In this document: piece by piece, positions 1 to 12,811 of the stretch | How the letters are laid out: each line of letters opens with the position of its first letter | Position numbering within the stretch: the stretch's first letter is position 1 | Source of the DNA: Paraspadella gotoi | Lineage: Eukaryota; Animalia; Chaetognatha | DNA: 64,000 nt | Direction of reading: 5' to 3' | Assembly: GCA_051294375.1 (NCBI GenBank) | Contig: CM119264.1 | Span: 21,122,645-21,186,644 of the forward strand | The notes under the pieces: model-generated | The model's database searches: none | The model's input: the letters and a program-made list of their open reading frames with translations, nothing else | What the model was told of the DNA's origin: nothing | Made by a program: the position numbers and the translations under genes

Positions 1-259
1 CAAAATACTTTTATTCCACGTTCTATCTTGTCTCATAAGCCTTTCCTTTTCAAACTCTCCTATAAAATCCTCATTTCCTAATTTTTTTTCGTAATATAGT
101 GAATTTATTCAATATCATTTTGTTATAACTATCATTTTTGTAAATTAAAAAAAAATGGTTAAGTAAAAAATTCCAGATTCTTACATATGTATTTATTAAA
201 ATAAAAAAACAATAAAAAAAAACAATAAAATACAAAAATAATTTAAAAATTTACTTATC

Positions 260-467
260 ATTAAAAACAAAAGGCGCGGCGCCAGTAGTCGCTTAGATTT
301 GATTTTTAACAAATGAGCAATAATCTATAGGCAAGTTATAAACGTTTTTAACGTAAGTGAGACAGACCGACGGACAGACATACTGACGGACCGACCAACC
401 GTCCAACCGACCGACCGAAAAGTGACTTATAGAGTTGCTCCGCGAGTACTCGCGGCGCAACTAAAAA
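260..467 (-). mobile_element. Helentron/DINE-1-like non-autonomous element, family B (5' part)
   Basis: Palindrome GTTGCTCCGCGAGTACTCGCGGCGCAAC next to a T-run, plus GTCG/GTCC-type tetranucleotide repeats. Homologous to 9279-9776 and 34938-35238. Confidence 0.6.
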
Positions 468-1879
468 GCTAAAGTAAAACACCAATGCCAGGTTGCAAGT
501 CCTGGAGGCAAAAATGTGAGAAATTCAGTAAATTCCATAAACTATAGTTTACCCCGTGTCCGTTCGCGAGTGACACCAATAAAATGCGTACCATTTCTCA
601 TTGGATAAATATTTCGCGTATCCAAAATTTAAGCAAAAAATGGGGTAAAATTCCCAAAGACATTGAGAGTCCAAAATTTGTTTTAATGTAATAAGGACAT
701 AACGAACTACCAGAATCTCCAGTACAGTAACGATTCTCCATAAACTCTATAGTCCATAGTATAACCCCCCCTAGTATCTACGATATGATATGTAATGATA
801 AATTACAGAAACAAAAAATGAATCAAAAATATCAAAGGTTAAGTTGTAAAGGTTTTTTTAATTTTTGTATTCATGTGAGAGATGCCGACTCTGCCAAACC
901 AATATGCCCCAAATGTCGTCCCGGTTTCTATCCCCTTGCTTTACCCCCTTCTTTGGCAAGCCGCCAATGGTTTCTGTTATGCCCTTTAGGCACTGCAGGC
1001 CACGTTATTTCAATTGTTAATATTTCTTATGATGGGAAGGTCTGAATTTATCTTAACACCTATGGGATAGAAATGGGCTCTAGCTTGGAGACAGGTTAAT
1101 AACTGAAAATTTACTGTTATACAAAAAATCGAAATTGCGATGAAATGACGGATTTGTAATTCGCCACTTAACAACCTATGTATATGTGAAGAAAATGAAA
1201 AAACTCCACAATACACAAAAAAGAACAACACACAAAAGAAAACTTCGTTCAAAATAATCAAATTAAAGACATAAGTTAGATCAGGAAAAAAATGTGCAAA
1301 TAAAAATTGTATGTAAATCATGTAGGAATTCTCTCTTTTATTAATTCAGAAAGAAATAATCTCTTGCCGCAAATTGTTTACTTAAAAAAATTACTGATTT
1401 TTAAATTAATATTTTACCTTTATATAATTGAATTTAAAAATAAATCCTCAGGCCATGCAGAAAATGATCGTTTTTGTTTTTACTAGGTTTCTTCAACCGC
1501 AACAAAGACAACTTAGCCCAACTTAATACAACCGATCTTGGAGTTAGTTTTTCAATTATCTAACTTCTTCAGAATCAGTCATACCAGCAATCATACCAAC
1601 AAAGAGCAAACATTGCGTCCTACCGGTATACAACTTCCTTTGGTAATTTAAATCACATTCATATATAACAAATAAAAACTAACATTATTTTAAAAACAAA
1701 ATCAAAATATATTAGATTTTAATAGTTGATGTTAATTTTTGACTTTTCACCAACTATCAGCTACGCATGACAATTAGAATTCTCAAGTTAAAGCGACTTT
1801 GAAAGGTAAAGCGAATAATATAAACAAAACGGGCAAATCTGGAATTGAAGTGATATTGCATATTGTCAAATCCATCGAC

Positions 1880-2035
1880 TCAGCATTGCATATCGGCGAA
1901 TGCCTTCAAATTGTCGGCTGTTTTGAAGAGCGTGAGAAAAGTCTTTTTGACCCAGGGGTCATCGGTCCGGTGAGAGTCGTTGCCATGGTCGCAGAGTTCC
2001 GCGTTTCCACACGAATCCGTTATCGAGTAATTTTC
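1880..2035 (-). CDS. Exon 2 (terminal) of the same secreted-protein gene
   Basis: Acceptor TTTATTTCAAAAG| at 2036, phase 0, matching exon 1. Open frame ENYSITDSCGNAELCDHGNDSHRTDDPWVKKTFLTLFKTADNLKAFADMQC, TGA at 1882-1880. The intron is 274 nt and AT-rich. Confidence 0.8.
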   Translation of the reverse strand, partial: ENYSITDSCGNAELCDHGNDSHRTDDPWVKKTFLTLFKTADNLKAFADMQC

Positions 2036-2309
2036 CTTTTGAAATAAAGTTTTTTTTTCTTCTAATGATGACCATTTTAGTTTTACTTTGCTAATTTAAT
2101 TAAAAAAATAAATACAAGAAACTTGTTTAACACGTTCAAAGAAAATACTTTCCTTGGATTTGTATTTTTTTTAAAAATTTGGTATTTAATGAAAATATTT
2201 ACTTTAATTCAAAGAAAATTACGGAATGACTGACCGAAAAACATTCGTAAACATGAATAATAAAACTGACAAATTTACAATTTTTTTAAAAGATAAAAAA
2301 AAAGTGTAC

Positions 2310-2717
2310 CATGACATCCTCAACGAAGCAGCGAAGGTGCGCTCGCAGCTTGGTCAAAGGCTCCACCAAGGGTTTGACCTCGACAGAGGCCATGTCGCCG
2401 CCTTGGAGGTAGAGTTGGGCGGGTGCGCCGCTCACGACGGATTGGAGATCACAAAAGGCGTTGGCGAGAGAGCGGCCCAGGTTGCCGCAGGAGGACGCAA
2501 CGTCGTCGGCCGACTCAGATGCCCAATGGTCGATGGAACGGGTCGTCGTCCACGGGCGGACTCGACGCAGCAAACTCAGAACCTCAGTCACTTCCTTTTG
2601 CGCTGCCTCTTTCGAGGCGCGGCGGTGTGGCCGCACCGGCGCTGCCGACGCTGACGACAGCAGGATGAAGACCAGGGCCGCCATTAACGCTACTTGTTGC
2701 GTGGAGTATTGGGCCAT
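2310..2717 (-). CDS. Exon 1 of a two-exon gene for a secreted 187-aa Cys-containing protein (signal peptide + RxxR-type propeptide site)
   Basis: ATG at 2717 gives MAQYSTQQVALMAALVFILLSSASA|APVRPHRR... GC-rich coding island, TATA box about 80 nt upstream, phase-0 GT donor (ATG|GTACAC) at 2309. An alternative in-frame ATG lies at 2756. Confidence 0.85.
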
Positions 2718-2764
2718 TATGGTGTGAGATTCGTTTTTGTAAGAAGTATTTTTCATTGCTTTTG

Positions 2765-2990
2765 ATATGAGTGGTAGCGTGAGAGAGCGACTTCCTTTAT
2801 ATAATAGAAATTGCTTCTTTTTCTTAGAATTCTGCACTTTAGTCATGGTGAAAAAGTACCTATGGCCTGGCAAAAATCGAACGAGGAGGTATTTTCCAGA
2901 ATGTACGTTAAAGACAAGTTTCACATCAAACATGCTTCGAGCTTGTAGGACTTATTTCAGCTAAGGTAGTTAACCGATAAGGTAGTTTCC
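2765..2990 (-). promoter_or_regulatory. Core promoter of the secreted-protein gene with STAT-, AP-1- and kB-like sites
   Basis: TATATAAAG at 2803-2795; Inr-like TCATAT about 30 nt downstream; TTCTTAGAA (GAS consensus TTCN3GAA) at 2821-2829; TTAGTCA at 2839-2845; GGTATTTTCC at 2888-2897; GGTAGTTTCC at 2981-2990. Confidence 0.6.
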
Positions 2991-4466
2991 GATCGAAAGA
3001 TCAGATTTGTTCGGAACACGAATCCAAAACGAGTTCCTTCAAAAAGTATTTGTTCTATTTATAGAAGCTACTAGGAAAAAAATATTTTCGTGTTCTAGTT
3101 TCGGTGCGGTTTTCAACTTGGTTCGACCATCGGAAACAAAAATTGTTTTGTTTCCATTTTTTTTTTGACGAAACGGGATAAACACTGGAAATAGTTATTT
3201 AGGACTACTGTATGGATTGAAAAAAAGAAACCTCAGACCGGAACCTTCGGGGTCAATCCTCATTTCTTAGTGGCTATCCGCCACTCGGGTTCTTAATATA
3301 TAGATTTTCCATTCTTCTCCATAACTATTGTAGCATGTGAAATAACCATATGTAAAACATAAAGAACAGCTATAATCGCGTATAGCATTATATGTTTCTC
3401 TAACAGATGTCACCGACATAAATTATTGTAACTTACCAAGTTCATTCATTCAACCATTCACAATAGATTCAACTTACCGTTCATCTCACCTTGTTAATGT
3501 TTAGTAATTCATTATTGTTTAATTATTGAATCTGAATATTGGTTTATTGATGTGTCATTAGTATTAATGCTTTTTGTATTCTTGTGTTAATGCATATAGA
3601 ATATCTATATGCTGTTGATTAATTTTATTAAGGTCTGTTTTTAATTTGATGAACAAAATAAGAAGACTTTGTTGCTGGACACATTTTAAATCATGTACGA
3701 AGAAAAACATTCCTGAAGAGTTCAGATACGTAGACTCACGTGGCGCTCCATCAGTCTAACGCGCCACACTACTACTATAATCAGTAGGGCGGATCATATG
3801 CACATATAATTTTTCTAAATATGTTGCCTGTCGGTGATTCCTTTACCTAATGTCGTTTTATTTGATTTCACAATTATAAATTCCAAAAATATATTCAGGA
3901 TCCACTGCAGATTTTAACAATTTTTAAAAGAATCTTCAATTGCGATCTGTGATTGGTGGAAATTGGTCACGTGACCATCGAATTATAGTTTTATTTTATT
4001 TTTACTTAGTAAAAGTTGTTTCTCGGTATAGAGATTATAATATTTATGAACAATATCAAAGCGAGAATAAGTGAGAGAAAGAAATAAATAAAGCCCCTGA
4101 CAGCATCAGTATAACCGGACTTATCTCTCTATCTATCTTTCTCTATTTCTTTTCTTTCTCTCTATCCTCTCTCTCTCTCTTCTCGAAGAAGAATTCTATA
4201 TCTTTTCGACGCGGAAATTAACGTTCAAAAATGAGTTGACAAGAGTTTCAAAATGTATGTTAATAGAAGAAACAGTAACAAGTTTCAGACGGACGATCGT
4301 GATTCGGTTCATAAGAACGAATGAAAGAACAGAACCGTTTCTTGATTCAACCTCAGCAAATATTGATGTATAGAAAGAGATTTGTACTTATTGGGTCACA
4401 AGTGATAGAAGGAGAAGACGAGGCTAGATATTCTTCACGTTCTCTAATTTAAAAATTGTAAATTCT

Positions 4467-4690
4467 CCTTGTCTGCCTCCAGCCGCCAGACAATGTTGGG
4501 TGTCTTTTTTGAGATTGATTCAGAGGGCCGTTGTGGCGCCTGCGACGAGCTCTTTTTCTCCCTCTACGGTCACGACCACACGCAGCCACGACCGTAAATA
4601 CAATGAGCCTAAATTTCCAATTGACGTATATTTAATTTGTCCGACATGCTTCACCTCTGATCGCGATTCTGAAGATTGCCTTTACCGCTG
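4467..4690 (-). pseudogene. Decayed Ig-superfamily coding fragment
   Basis: Reads ...EVKHVGQIKYTSIGNLGSLYLRSWLRVVVTVEGEKELVAGATTAL* (TGA at 4522-4520, near where a B-strand Cys is expected), then TPNIVWRLE after a 1-nt shift in an A-run. Resembles Ig F/G strands followed by A/B/C strands. Confidence 0.4.
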
Positions 4691-4990
4691 ATTATTTTTT
4701 CGTTTGCATGAAAACTAAGAATTTATTATTTTCTCTGATTCATGTTTAAACCCTCGGCAATACTATCTTAATATTTGTCAATAATCTATTCAACTCGATT
4801 GACGGGGGATGTTAACGATATCGCTTGAGCTCTTTTTTGTCATTTGACCACTTATAGGCCTATTGATTTTATGGTCGTATCTTCCCGGGCAGTTGTCTCC
4901 CGCCTCAATTTTCAAAGAGACTTTTCAATCGTAGTAGTTAGTTTCACTTGAATTCTCACAAATACTGTTTTGCCCGGAAGAAACGCTGTA

Positions 4991-5399
4991 TTTCTTTTGT
5001 CTTCACGCCCGCGGAGACGAGCGTTCGTGTTTTCACACGGTCGAACTGTTTAACGTGAGTTTCTGATGGAATATTTGCTGTACTATTAAAGTCTCATTGT
5101 ATATTTTCTCTCTTTTCGTTGTTGATAAGATTCGCAGATTCGAAAACGAAAATTTGTAATAGTTCAATAGTCTTCATCAGCATTTGACAGATAATAATTT
5201 TTTTTAAATCAAAATAATTTTTTAAAATCTGACCACTGTCCTTTCTCAATTCTTTGTTGGAAACTCTCTCTCTCTCTTTATAAAAGTTTCATTTTTTTAT
5301 TTGCGACGTTTTCTCTTGGAAACTCACGTTAAACTGTTCGTATGGGTGAAATCATGAACGCTCGTCTCCATGGGCATTGGGCATGAAGACAAAAGAAAG
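4991..5399. mobile_element. MITE-like element with about 75-bp imperfect inverted arms, containing a remnant of the Penelope-like family
   Basis: 4991-5063 (TTTCTTTTGTCTTCA...GGAGACGAGCGTTC...TTTAACGTGAGTTTC) is the reverse complement of about 5319-5399. The interior has TCTTCATCAGC and CTGACCACTGTCCTTTCTCAATTCTTTGTTGGAAAC, shared with the hammerhead family. Confidence 0.6.
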
Positions 5400-5894
5400 A
5401 TGTTGAAAAGTGTTGAACGTAATAAGCACGGTAATAAATATCTGTTTGGTAGTATCCATCAAACGGTCTGTAGGACAAAAAGGACTCATAGATTGATAGA
5501 TTCAGAAGGGGTTTTTAACCTAAAGAAAAGCTGAATATGCTGAAGTTTATACTAGTGTTCACCGTTTCCTTTTTTTCGCATACCAAAATGACAAAATAAC
5601 AAAAACCTTCCCAGAAGTCAAAGAGACAAGTATATATATGAAACTCTCCTCTGGTTAAACTTTTGCATTAAGCATTATGGATGAAATGGGAACAAAGTTC
5701 AGTAACGGATTTCCCATTTAATATTTTAAGATTCCAGATTTTTTTCCTTCCTCAAAATTGAGGAGTAACTTTGCCATCTCCTTCTTGTTCTGAACTCCAT
5801 AAACATTATCCAATACTTTTTATACTTTTCAATACTTTTTATTGATCGAACTCTTAATGTAAATGCATCAGTGAGTAGTGATTTTTAAAAAGGT

Positions 5895-6300
5895 CATGGA
5901 TTAGGTTACAGTTAAGGATTAAGGTTAAGGATCGGTTAAAGAATTTAGTAAAAAAGCTTAGGGATTGGTTATGTTAAGGTCATAGATTAGGTTGCAGTTA
6001 AGGATTAAGGTTAGGGATTGGTTAAAGAATTTAGTAAAAAAGGTTAGGGATTGGTTAATGTAATGGATTAGGTTACAGTTAAGGATTAAGTTTAGGGATT
6101 GGTTAAAGATATTAGTAAAAAAGGTTAGAGATTGGTTAAAGAATTTAGTAAAAAAGGTTAGGGATTGGTTAAGGTCATGGTTTAGGTTACAGTTAAGAAT
6201 TAAGTTTAGGGATTGGTTAAAGATATTAGTAAAAAAGATTAGGGATTGGTTAAAGAAATTAGTAAAAAAATTAGGGATTTGTTAAAAAATTTAGTAAAAA
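5895..6300 (+). repeat. Minisatellite built from degenerate GGTTAGGG/TTAAGG units
   Basis: Tandem GGTTAGGGATTGGTTAAAGAATTTAGTAAAAAA units interleaved with GGTTACAGTTAAGGATTAA. Confidence 0.85.
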
Positions 6301-6358
6301 AATAGCCTTAGATATTATGGTCCAAGGAGTTTTAAGTTCAAGGATTAAAGAACAAATA

Positions 6359-6400
<42 letters not shown>

Positions 6401-6777
6401 GTAATTTTTTTGCTAATTTATTTATATTTCTTTAAATAATGGGTACATACATATATATGTACAGCTCATTAACAATTGCATTGTTACTGTGTTAAATTTT
6501 CACATTTTGAGCATAATAAATAAATCAATCAATCTCTCTCTAAGACCCTAAGACCGAAAGTGCGGCAGGCCTTTTTCACTGGAGTAGTACTCCGTAAACT
6601 ATCTTAAATCGCCCTAAGACCGCTCGTGCGGCCGGCAATGTTTTTAATAGAGACCATACAAAGTATTGCCCTAAGAGCCTCTACCTACGCTCGGGCATTT
6701 TAAGTTCTATTATCATCATCATCATCATCATCTCTCTCTCCTACAATTTTCCTGAAACACTTCCTGCCGCTTCCCAC

Positions 6778-6934
6778 CTTTGGGCGACGTTTGACATTGA
6801 AAGGATACAGTAGCGCCGAGTGGAGCGACTTTGGTCATGCGGTTGGTCACGCCACCCTCTCCGCGAGGTGGCGCCAGGAAAAGTAGGAAGGCGCCGAAGG
6901 AGACGAGTCTAGTGGCGCCGACAGTGGACGCCAT
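6778..6934 (-). CDS. First coding exon of a signal-peptide + Ig-like-domain protein
   Basis: AAGATGGCG start context. MASTVGATRLVSFGAFLLFLAPPRGEG is followed by VAPLGATVSFQC (Ig A'/B-strand motif). Probable phase-1 donor AAAG|GTGGGA at 6777. GC-rich upstream region with CCGGAAGT. Confidence 0.6.
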
Positions 6935-7109
6935 CTTCGCGTCCAATTTGTAGTTGTTATTTCGCTTTTCGTACGTAGTATTTTTTTTACAGAAGTACAC
7001 AATCAAAAATAAAAAAGCAAATTTAATCCGTTTTCTCTATGTTCATTCGCATTTTTTTTCCTTTATTTTTTTTAAATTTTCGACAAGTTAAGTTCAACTC
7101 GTTGAGAAA

Positions 7110-7390
7110 GAAACGTGACTTCTTCCTTTATCGCCGGTTGTACGAAGAAACAAAGGAGAGCGTGTTATTCGGCCGGAAGTTGGTTGTACTGTAATTTTTT
7201 CAATCCTGGTTCTCGTAGTCATGGTCGACCAGACGACGGAAGCGACGCTAATCCGACTACGAAAGAGAAGAAACGATCAAAATTGGCGACGGTTTGAGGG
7301 TCGGCCGTGACAACCGGGGTGACAAAGGGCGTGAGGACTGGGGTGACAAAGGGGGTGACTCCGTGGTGCGGGAGACGTCGGCGGTGACTT
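7110..7390. promoter_or_regulatory. CpG-rich promoter-like island with ETS motif
   Basis: GGCCGGAAGT at about 7171-7180 and high CpG content directly upstream of the Ig-gene ATG. Confidence 0.4.
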
Positions 7391-9278
7391 TGTTTTATTT
7401 TTTAATCCGTCATCGAGATTAAAAAAACTAAAAAGTCGATTTCCTTTGCCTCCATTTCCATCAGTCGAATTGAAATACAAGAAATTTCACATTCCTTCTT
7501 TTAATAGTTTTTAACTTTTTTTTCCCCCCGAGGTTTTTATCCGACAGCAAGCTTTATCGCCACGTTGCTGAAAAGTCACCTTGGAGATAAAAATCGTTTT
7601 AGCATTTAACATTTAACATTTAATTCTCTTTTTCTCAATCTTTCTCTTGCTTTCCAATGCACTAGGGGTTTAAATCTTGGGCGGCATTCGATTGAATCAA
7701 AGAAACGTTAAAATTGGATGAAATTCTCCTCTCACGTTTCGACACATGCATCAGTCGAAAGTTTCGACGAGCAGAGAGAGCGAGAAAGATAGAATGGAAG
7801 AGGGAGAGAGAGAAAAAGAGAGAGATAAGTCTGAGGAAAAAAAAGTCAAACAGAATTGACGTCGGTCAGTCTTGTCCTCAAGAAAAAAAAATCTTCTTTG
7901 AGAGAGACGAGTGACGGATGAGTTATTAGGTTTCAAACTTTTACAAGACTTTGACTTTGATAGAAATGATTTGGTCGGTCGGCCTGTCAGTCGAGCTTTG
8001 TATCAGTCTCTCCGTCTCTCCGTCTCTAGTAAAAAGAATGTCTTTCTCAATTTTTCTTACCAGACATGTTTGTCTTTTTTTTAGCATCCGATTGTCAGTT
8101 TTCCTACCTTATATATGTAACTCTTTTTACAAGGGAGAGAGAGAGAGAGAGAGAGAGTGAGAGAGAGTTCGATATCCCCGAGGATTATTTTTCAGATGGA
8201 AAATTGTGGCTGCAGAGCGGTGGATCGGTCGGAAAGGGTCGGAAAGGGTGCGTCTACTGAGGACGACGAGAGCAAAGAATTTTTTTTTTTTTTTTGCAAA
8301 ATGGAAAAGTGTGGCGACTGACGAAACGTGACTCTTGACAACGAAGACCTACCCGATTTTCAATTCGTCACTTGACTTAGAATTTGATCTCCTTTCTGAC
8401 GCTTGTCTGCGCCGTTATTTGGTCGTGGGGCGCCTCAATCTGGCGCCGACTCAATGTGTTCGAGATACCCAGTTTGGACTGAAATTCATTGTCCACTTTT
8501 TATCCAAAAACTTTACCTTTGTTCGAAAACCAGAAGCTTTATCGAATTTAGTATTGTATTATGCTCATCTTTATTTTTTAACGCTTTCCATGGTTTTTAA
8601 AATTGATTACGACTCATGGGAGTCATATATTGTTCTCTTATTTAAAAATTGTGACCGCGTAAATTAAACATTGAGGCGGTGAAGTAGACCCGTGTGCCAC
8701 ATTCACCGGCGCCTCAGAACCGAGACATCAGCGGGAAGCTAAGGGATTCCAGTAGAGGAGAAATAAAGGAAGAAACGTCGGAGGTAAGTCGAGAAAAAAT
8801 GGCGGGAAAAATTAAAAAGGAAAAAAAAGAGATACGGTTTAAAGGATTAAAGACGGATTGAGAAAGATGAGGGAAGAAGGAAACTAAAAAAAGAAGGAAG
8901 ATAGAAAAAGTGAAAGAAGAAGTAAGAATGATAGAATGAAGGAAAGTGGAGTTGAAGAAAAAGGGGAGAAGGTCATGGCAAATTATGCCAAGAAAAAAAA
9001 CCTAGGGTCGAGTTTAGCAGTTAAATTTACAAAGAAAGTATTTGGAATGAAGAATTTGGTGAGTAAAATGAGGAAGTGCTGTGCGTAGTGTGAAAATAAT
9101 GAGCGTGTAGGAAATAGAGAGAGGAAAGGTGAAAGGGTAAGTTGGAAGTTCGGGGGGAAAAAGAGGAAGAAGAAAAAAAAGCGATGAATAAGGAGAAAAT
9201 CGTAATGACAGGGAAGGATTAAGTCTGGAAGGGGGCAGGAGTTTAGATAGAAAATGGAGGAAGAGAACAGAGACGATA

Positions 9279-9776
9279 GAAAACAAGAACGGTAATTTAA
9301 AAGTGTTGCGCCGCAGTAACTGCCTTATCACGTCTTTTTCACGTGACATGACATGAAATGATTATATGACTACAATAATTTTCTTAGCCCGTGTATTTAT
9401 GACACGCACTGCATCGGAATTTCGTCTTTTATTCTTTATAGTTTTAGTATTTCATGAGAAAATTTTTGAGAAACCAATAATATGCAAGTTATGAGCATTT
9501 TTAACGTAATTCCAACCGACGGACCAACAAACAGATCGACCAAAAAGTGACTTATAGAGTCTTTTATTCTTTATAGTTTTAGGATTTCCTGAAGGCGGCG
9601 CGAGCAGTCCCTTAAATTTGAGGGTTTTTTTTAGCAACCAACTATATGCAAGTTTTAAGCATTTTTAACGTAATTGGGACAGACCGATGGACAAACATAC
9701 TGACAGACCGACAAACAGACCGACCGAAAAGTGACTTATAGAGTTGCTCCGCGAGTACTCGCGGCGCAACAAAAAA
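9279..9776 (-). mobile_element. Helentron/DINE-1-like element, family B (full length)
   Basis: Palindromic end at 9743-9770, a matching sub-terminal GTTGCGCCGC near 9305, A/T-runs at both ends and internal GTCG-type repeats. Confidence 0.65.
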
Positions 9777-9934
9777 GAATGGAATTAGGGAAAAAGGAAA
9801 ACGTAAGAGAATCGGGAAAAGGAAAAGAGAAAGAGTAATGTGGACGAAGAGATAAAGGAGAACAATGGCGGAATAAAAAAGAATTGAGAATCAAATGAAA
9901 TGAAAACAAAAGCGGAGGATTGAATGGAGCTATC

Positions 9935-10042
<108 letters not shown>

Positions 10043-10842
10043 TAACGAATCGTTGTCGACGCTCTGGCTCCGCGCAACAAAAGCAGAAAATATCGGCCGT
10101 TTCCGATCTAAGGCGATGTATTAATTTGTATTAATTTGTGTTTAATTAAATCCGCTCGTTCGTCATTATGTTTTCGAGGCGAGGGCGATGGCACCGGAAG
10201 TGCCGACGGTGATGGAGGCGGGATGAAAAAAAAATAATGGATGAGAAAAAACGATTGGAGAAGAAAAACAAATGAAGAGAGAAAAGATTTAAAAAGAAAA
10301 AAGATAAAAAAGAAAGAAAATAAAAAGAAAGAACGGAGGCGAAAAATAATCAGAGGAGAAAAAAATGATTGGAGGAGTAAACAGAAGGACGAGGGTTTGG
10401 CTTCGGATGAGAGACGCGTCGACGATGAGAAGAATATTGATGATGATTGAGTCGCTCGAGTCGATTGAGGATGACGTTCTTGCCATCGTCGATCAATGGC
10501 AAGGAGAAATGATTGGTCTGAGAATCCTTTGGACTTCCGACATAGTTGGGCCAAAAATAAAAATGAATAAAAAAGAATGATTAGTACGTCCGTCGTGGGA
10601 CAGAGAGAGAGAGTATTAGAATAATTGAACGATTCTTCCAGGTAGCAAATACAATATTTGTACCAGAGAAATTGAAACGAAAAGTTGTTATTCGTACTCC
10701 TAAAAAGGGATTCTCTTCTACGCGCATATTCCGAAGGCTTCCAACACCTACATCATGATGAATACGTATTGAATTAGTAACGTAATTCAAGGTTTCAATC
10801 CGTCCCGAGACACAAAAAAAAATTCTTTGAAAATGATTCAAC

Positions 10843-11041
10843 CGATCGTGATCGATGGGTGGCGGTGATGTGGGCGTGGCGTCGCCGAAGATGGGCGTGG
10901 CTTTGTAGGAGGTGACGGTGAAGAGAAAGAGAAGACAATGAAAGACATCCCGAAGGTGATCACGATGGTGATGTAGAGGATGATGAAGACGATGACATCA
11001 ACGGAGATTTGACCAACAACGTCAGTCTTCGCAATTTCAAT
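10843..11041 (-). other. Candidate orphan exon with a hydrophobic segment
   Basis: After GTTGTAG| one frame reads IEIAKTDVVGQISVDVIVFIILYITIVITFGMSFIVFSFSSPSPPTKP...; a second frame has C-ending codons after the hydrophobic stretch. The reading frame is unresolved. Confidence 0.3.
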
Positions 11042-11239
11042 CTACAACTTACTCAATTTGACATAATTATTTTATTTTTTATTTTATACATGTGGCGATT
11101 TGTTTTCTCCTTTTCCGTGGATCATCTCTTTGTTGTTCAGATTCTAGATTTTATGGGAAACGAATCGCACCATGAAGAGAGACTAACTATAGTCCTTGAC
11201 GTCACGAAAGGAAAAAAGAAAGACCGCGCCATATTCGCT

Positions 11240-12200
<961 letters not shown>

Positions 12201-12811
12201 CTTAATGAAGAGACTTCAGTGGGAAATCATTTGACGAAAAAAATTCACAAAATAGAAATTTCGCGCAGAAACTATTCATTTCCCATAAATAGTAATATTT
12301 ATATATTCTTATCCACGGACTTAATACTTAATACCTAATATTTACTAAAGATATAAGATCCACAGAGGATTAACTCAACAATAAATCGTAGCAAAAATAC
12401 TAAAATCAAGTTGAATCAAAATTCGAATAGTAGATCATGAACAAGCTTGTACCTGTGAACATTTTTACTTAAAAAATATTTCTTTTTATCGAGCCAGGAT
12501 AGGCTTTTTTTTATTTTTGAAAGAAGAATTCCTAACGAAAAGTTGATAAAAGGAAATATAACTCCTTTTAGAAAATTATTTCATTAAATAAATAAAAAAC
12601 CTAAAAAACTGTTATAGTTAACTTATAATTTAATTTTAGTATAAAAAATATAGTTTTTTTTCTATTTTTAGCTAACTTAATGAAATAATTTTTGTTTAAT
12701 GAAACTTATATTTTTTTATGAGGAATTCGAATCTGCTTTCAAAACTAAAAAAAAATACTTTAAAATTTTGATATTTTCTATGGGCGTATGCGAAAATTGA
12801 GAAATTTAAAA

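Noticed and set aside
2718-2933. N-terminal extension of the 215-aa ORF
   Set aside because: It runs through the TATA box and promoter. The signal peptide starts at 2717 (or 2756), and the ORF end reads into the intron.
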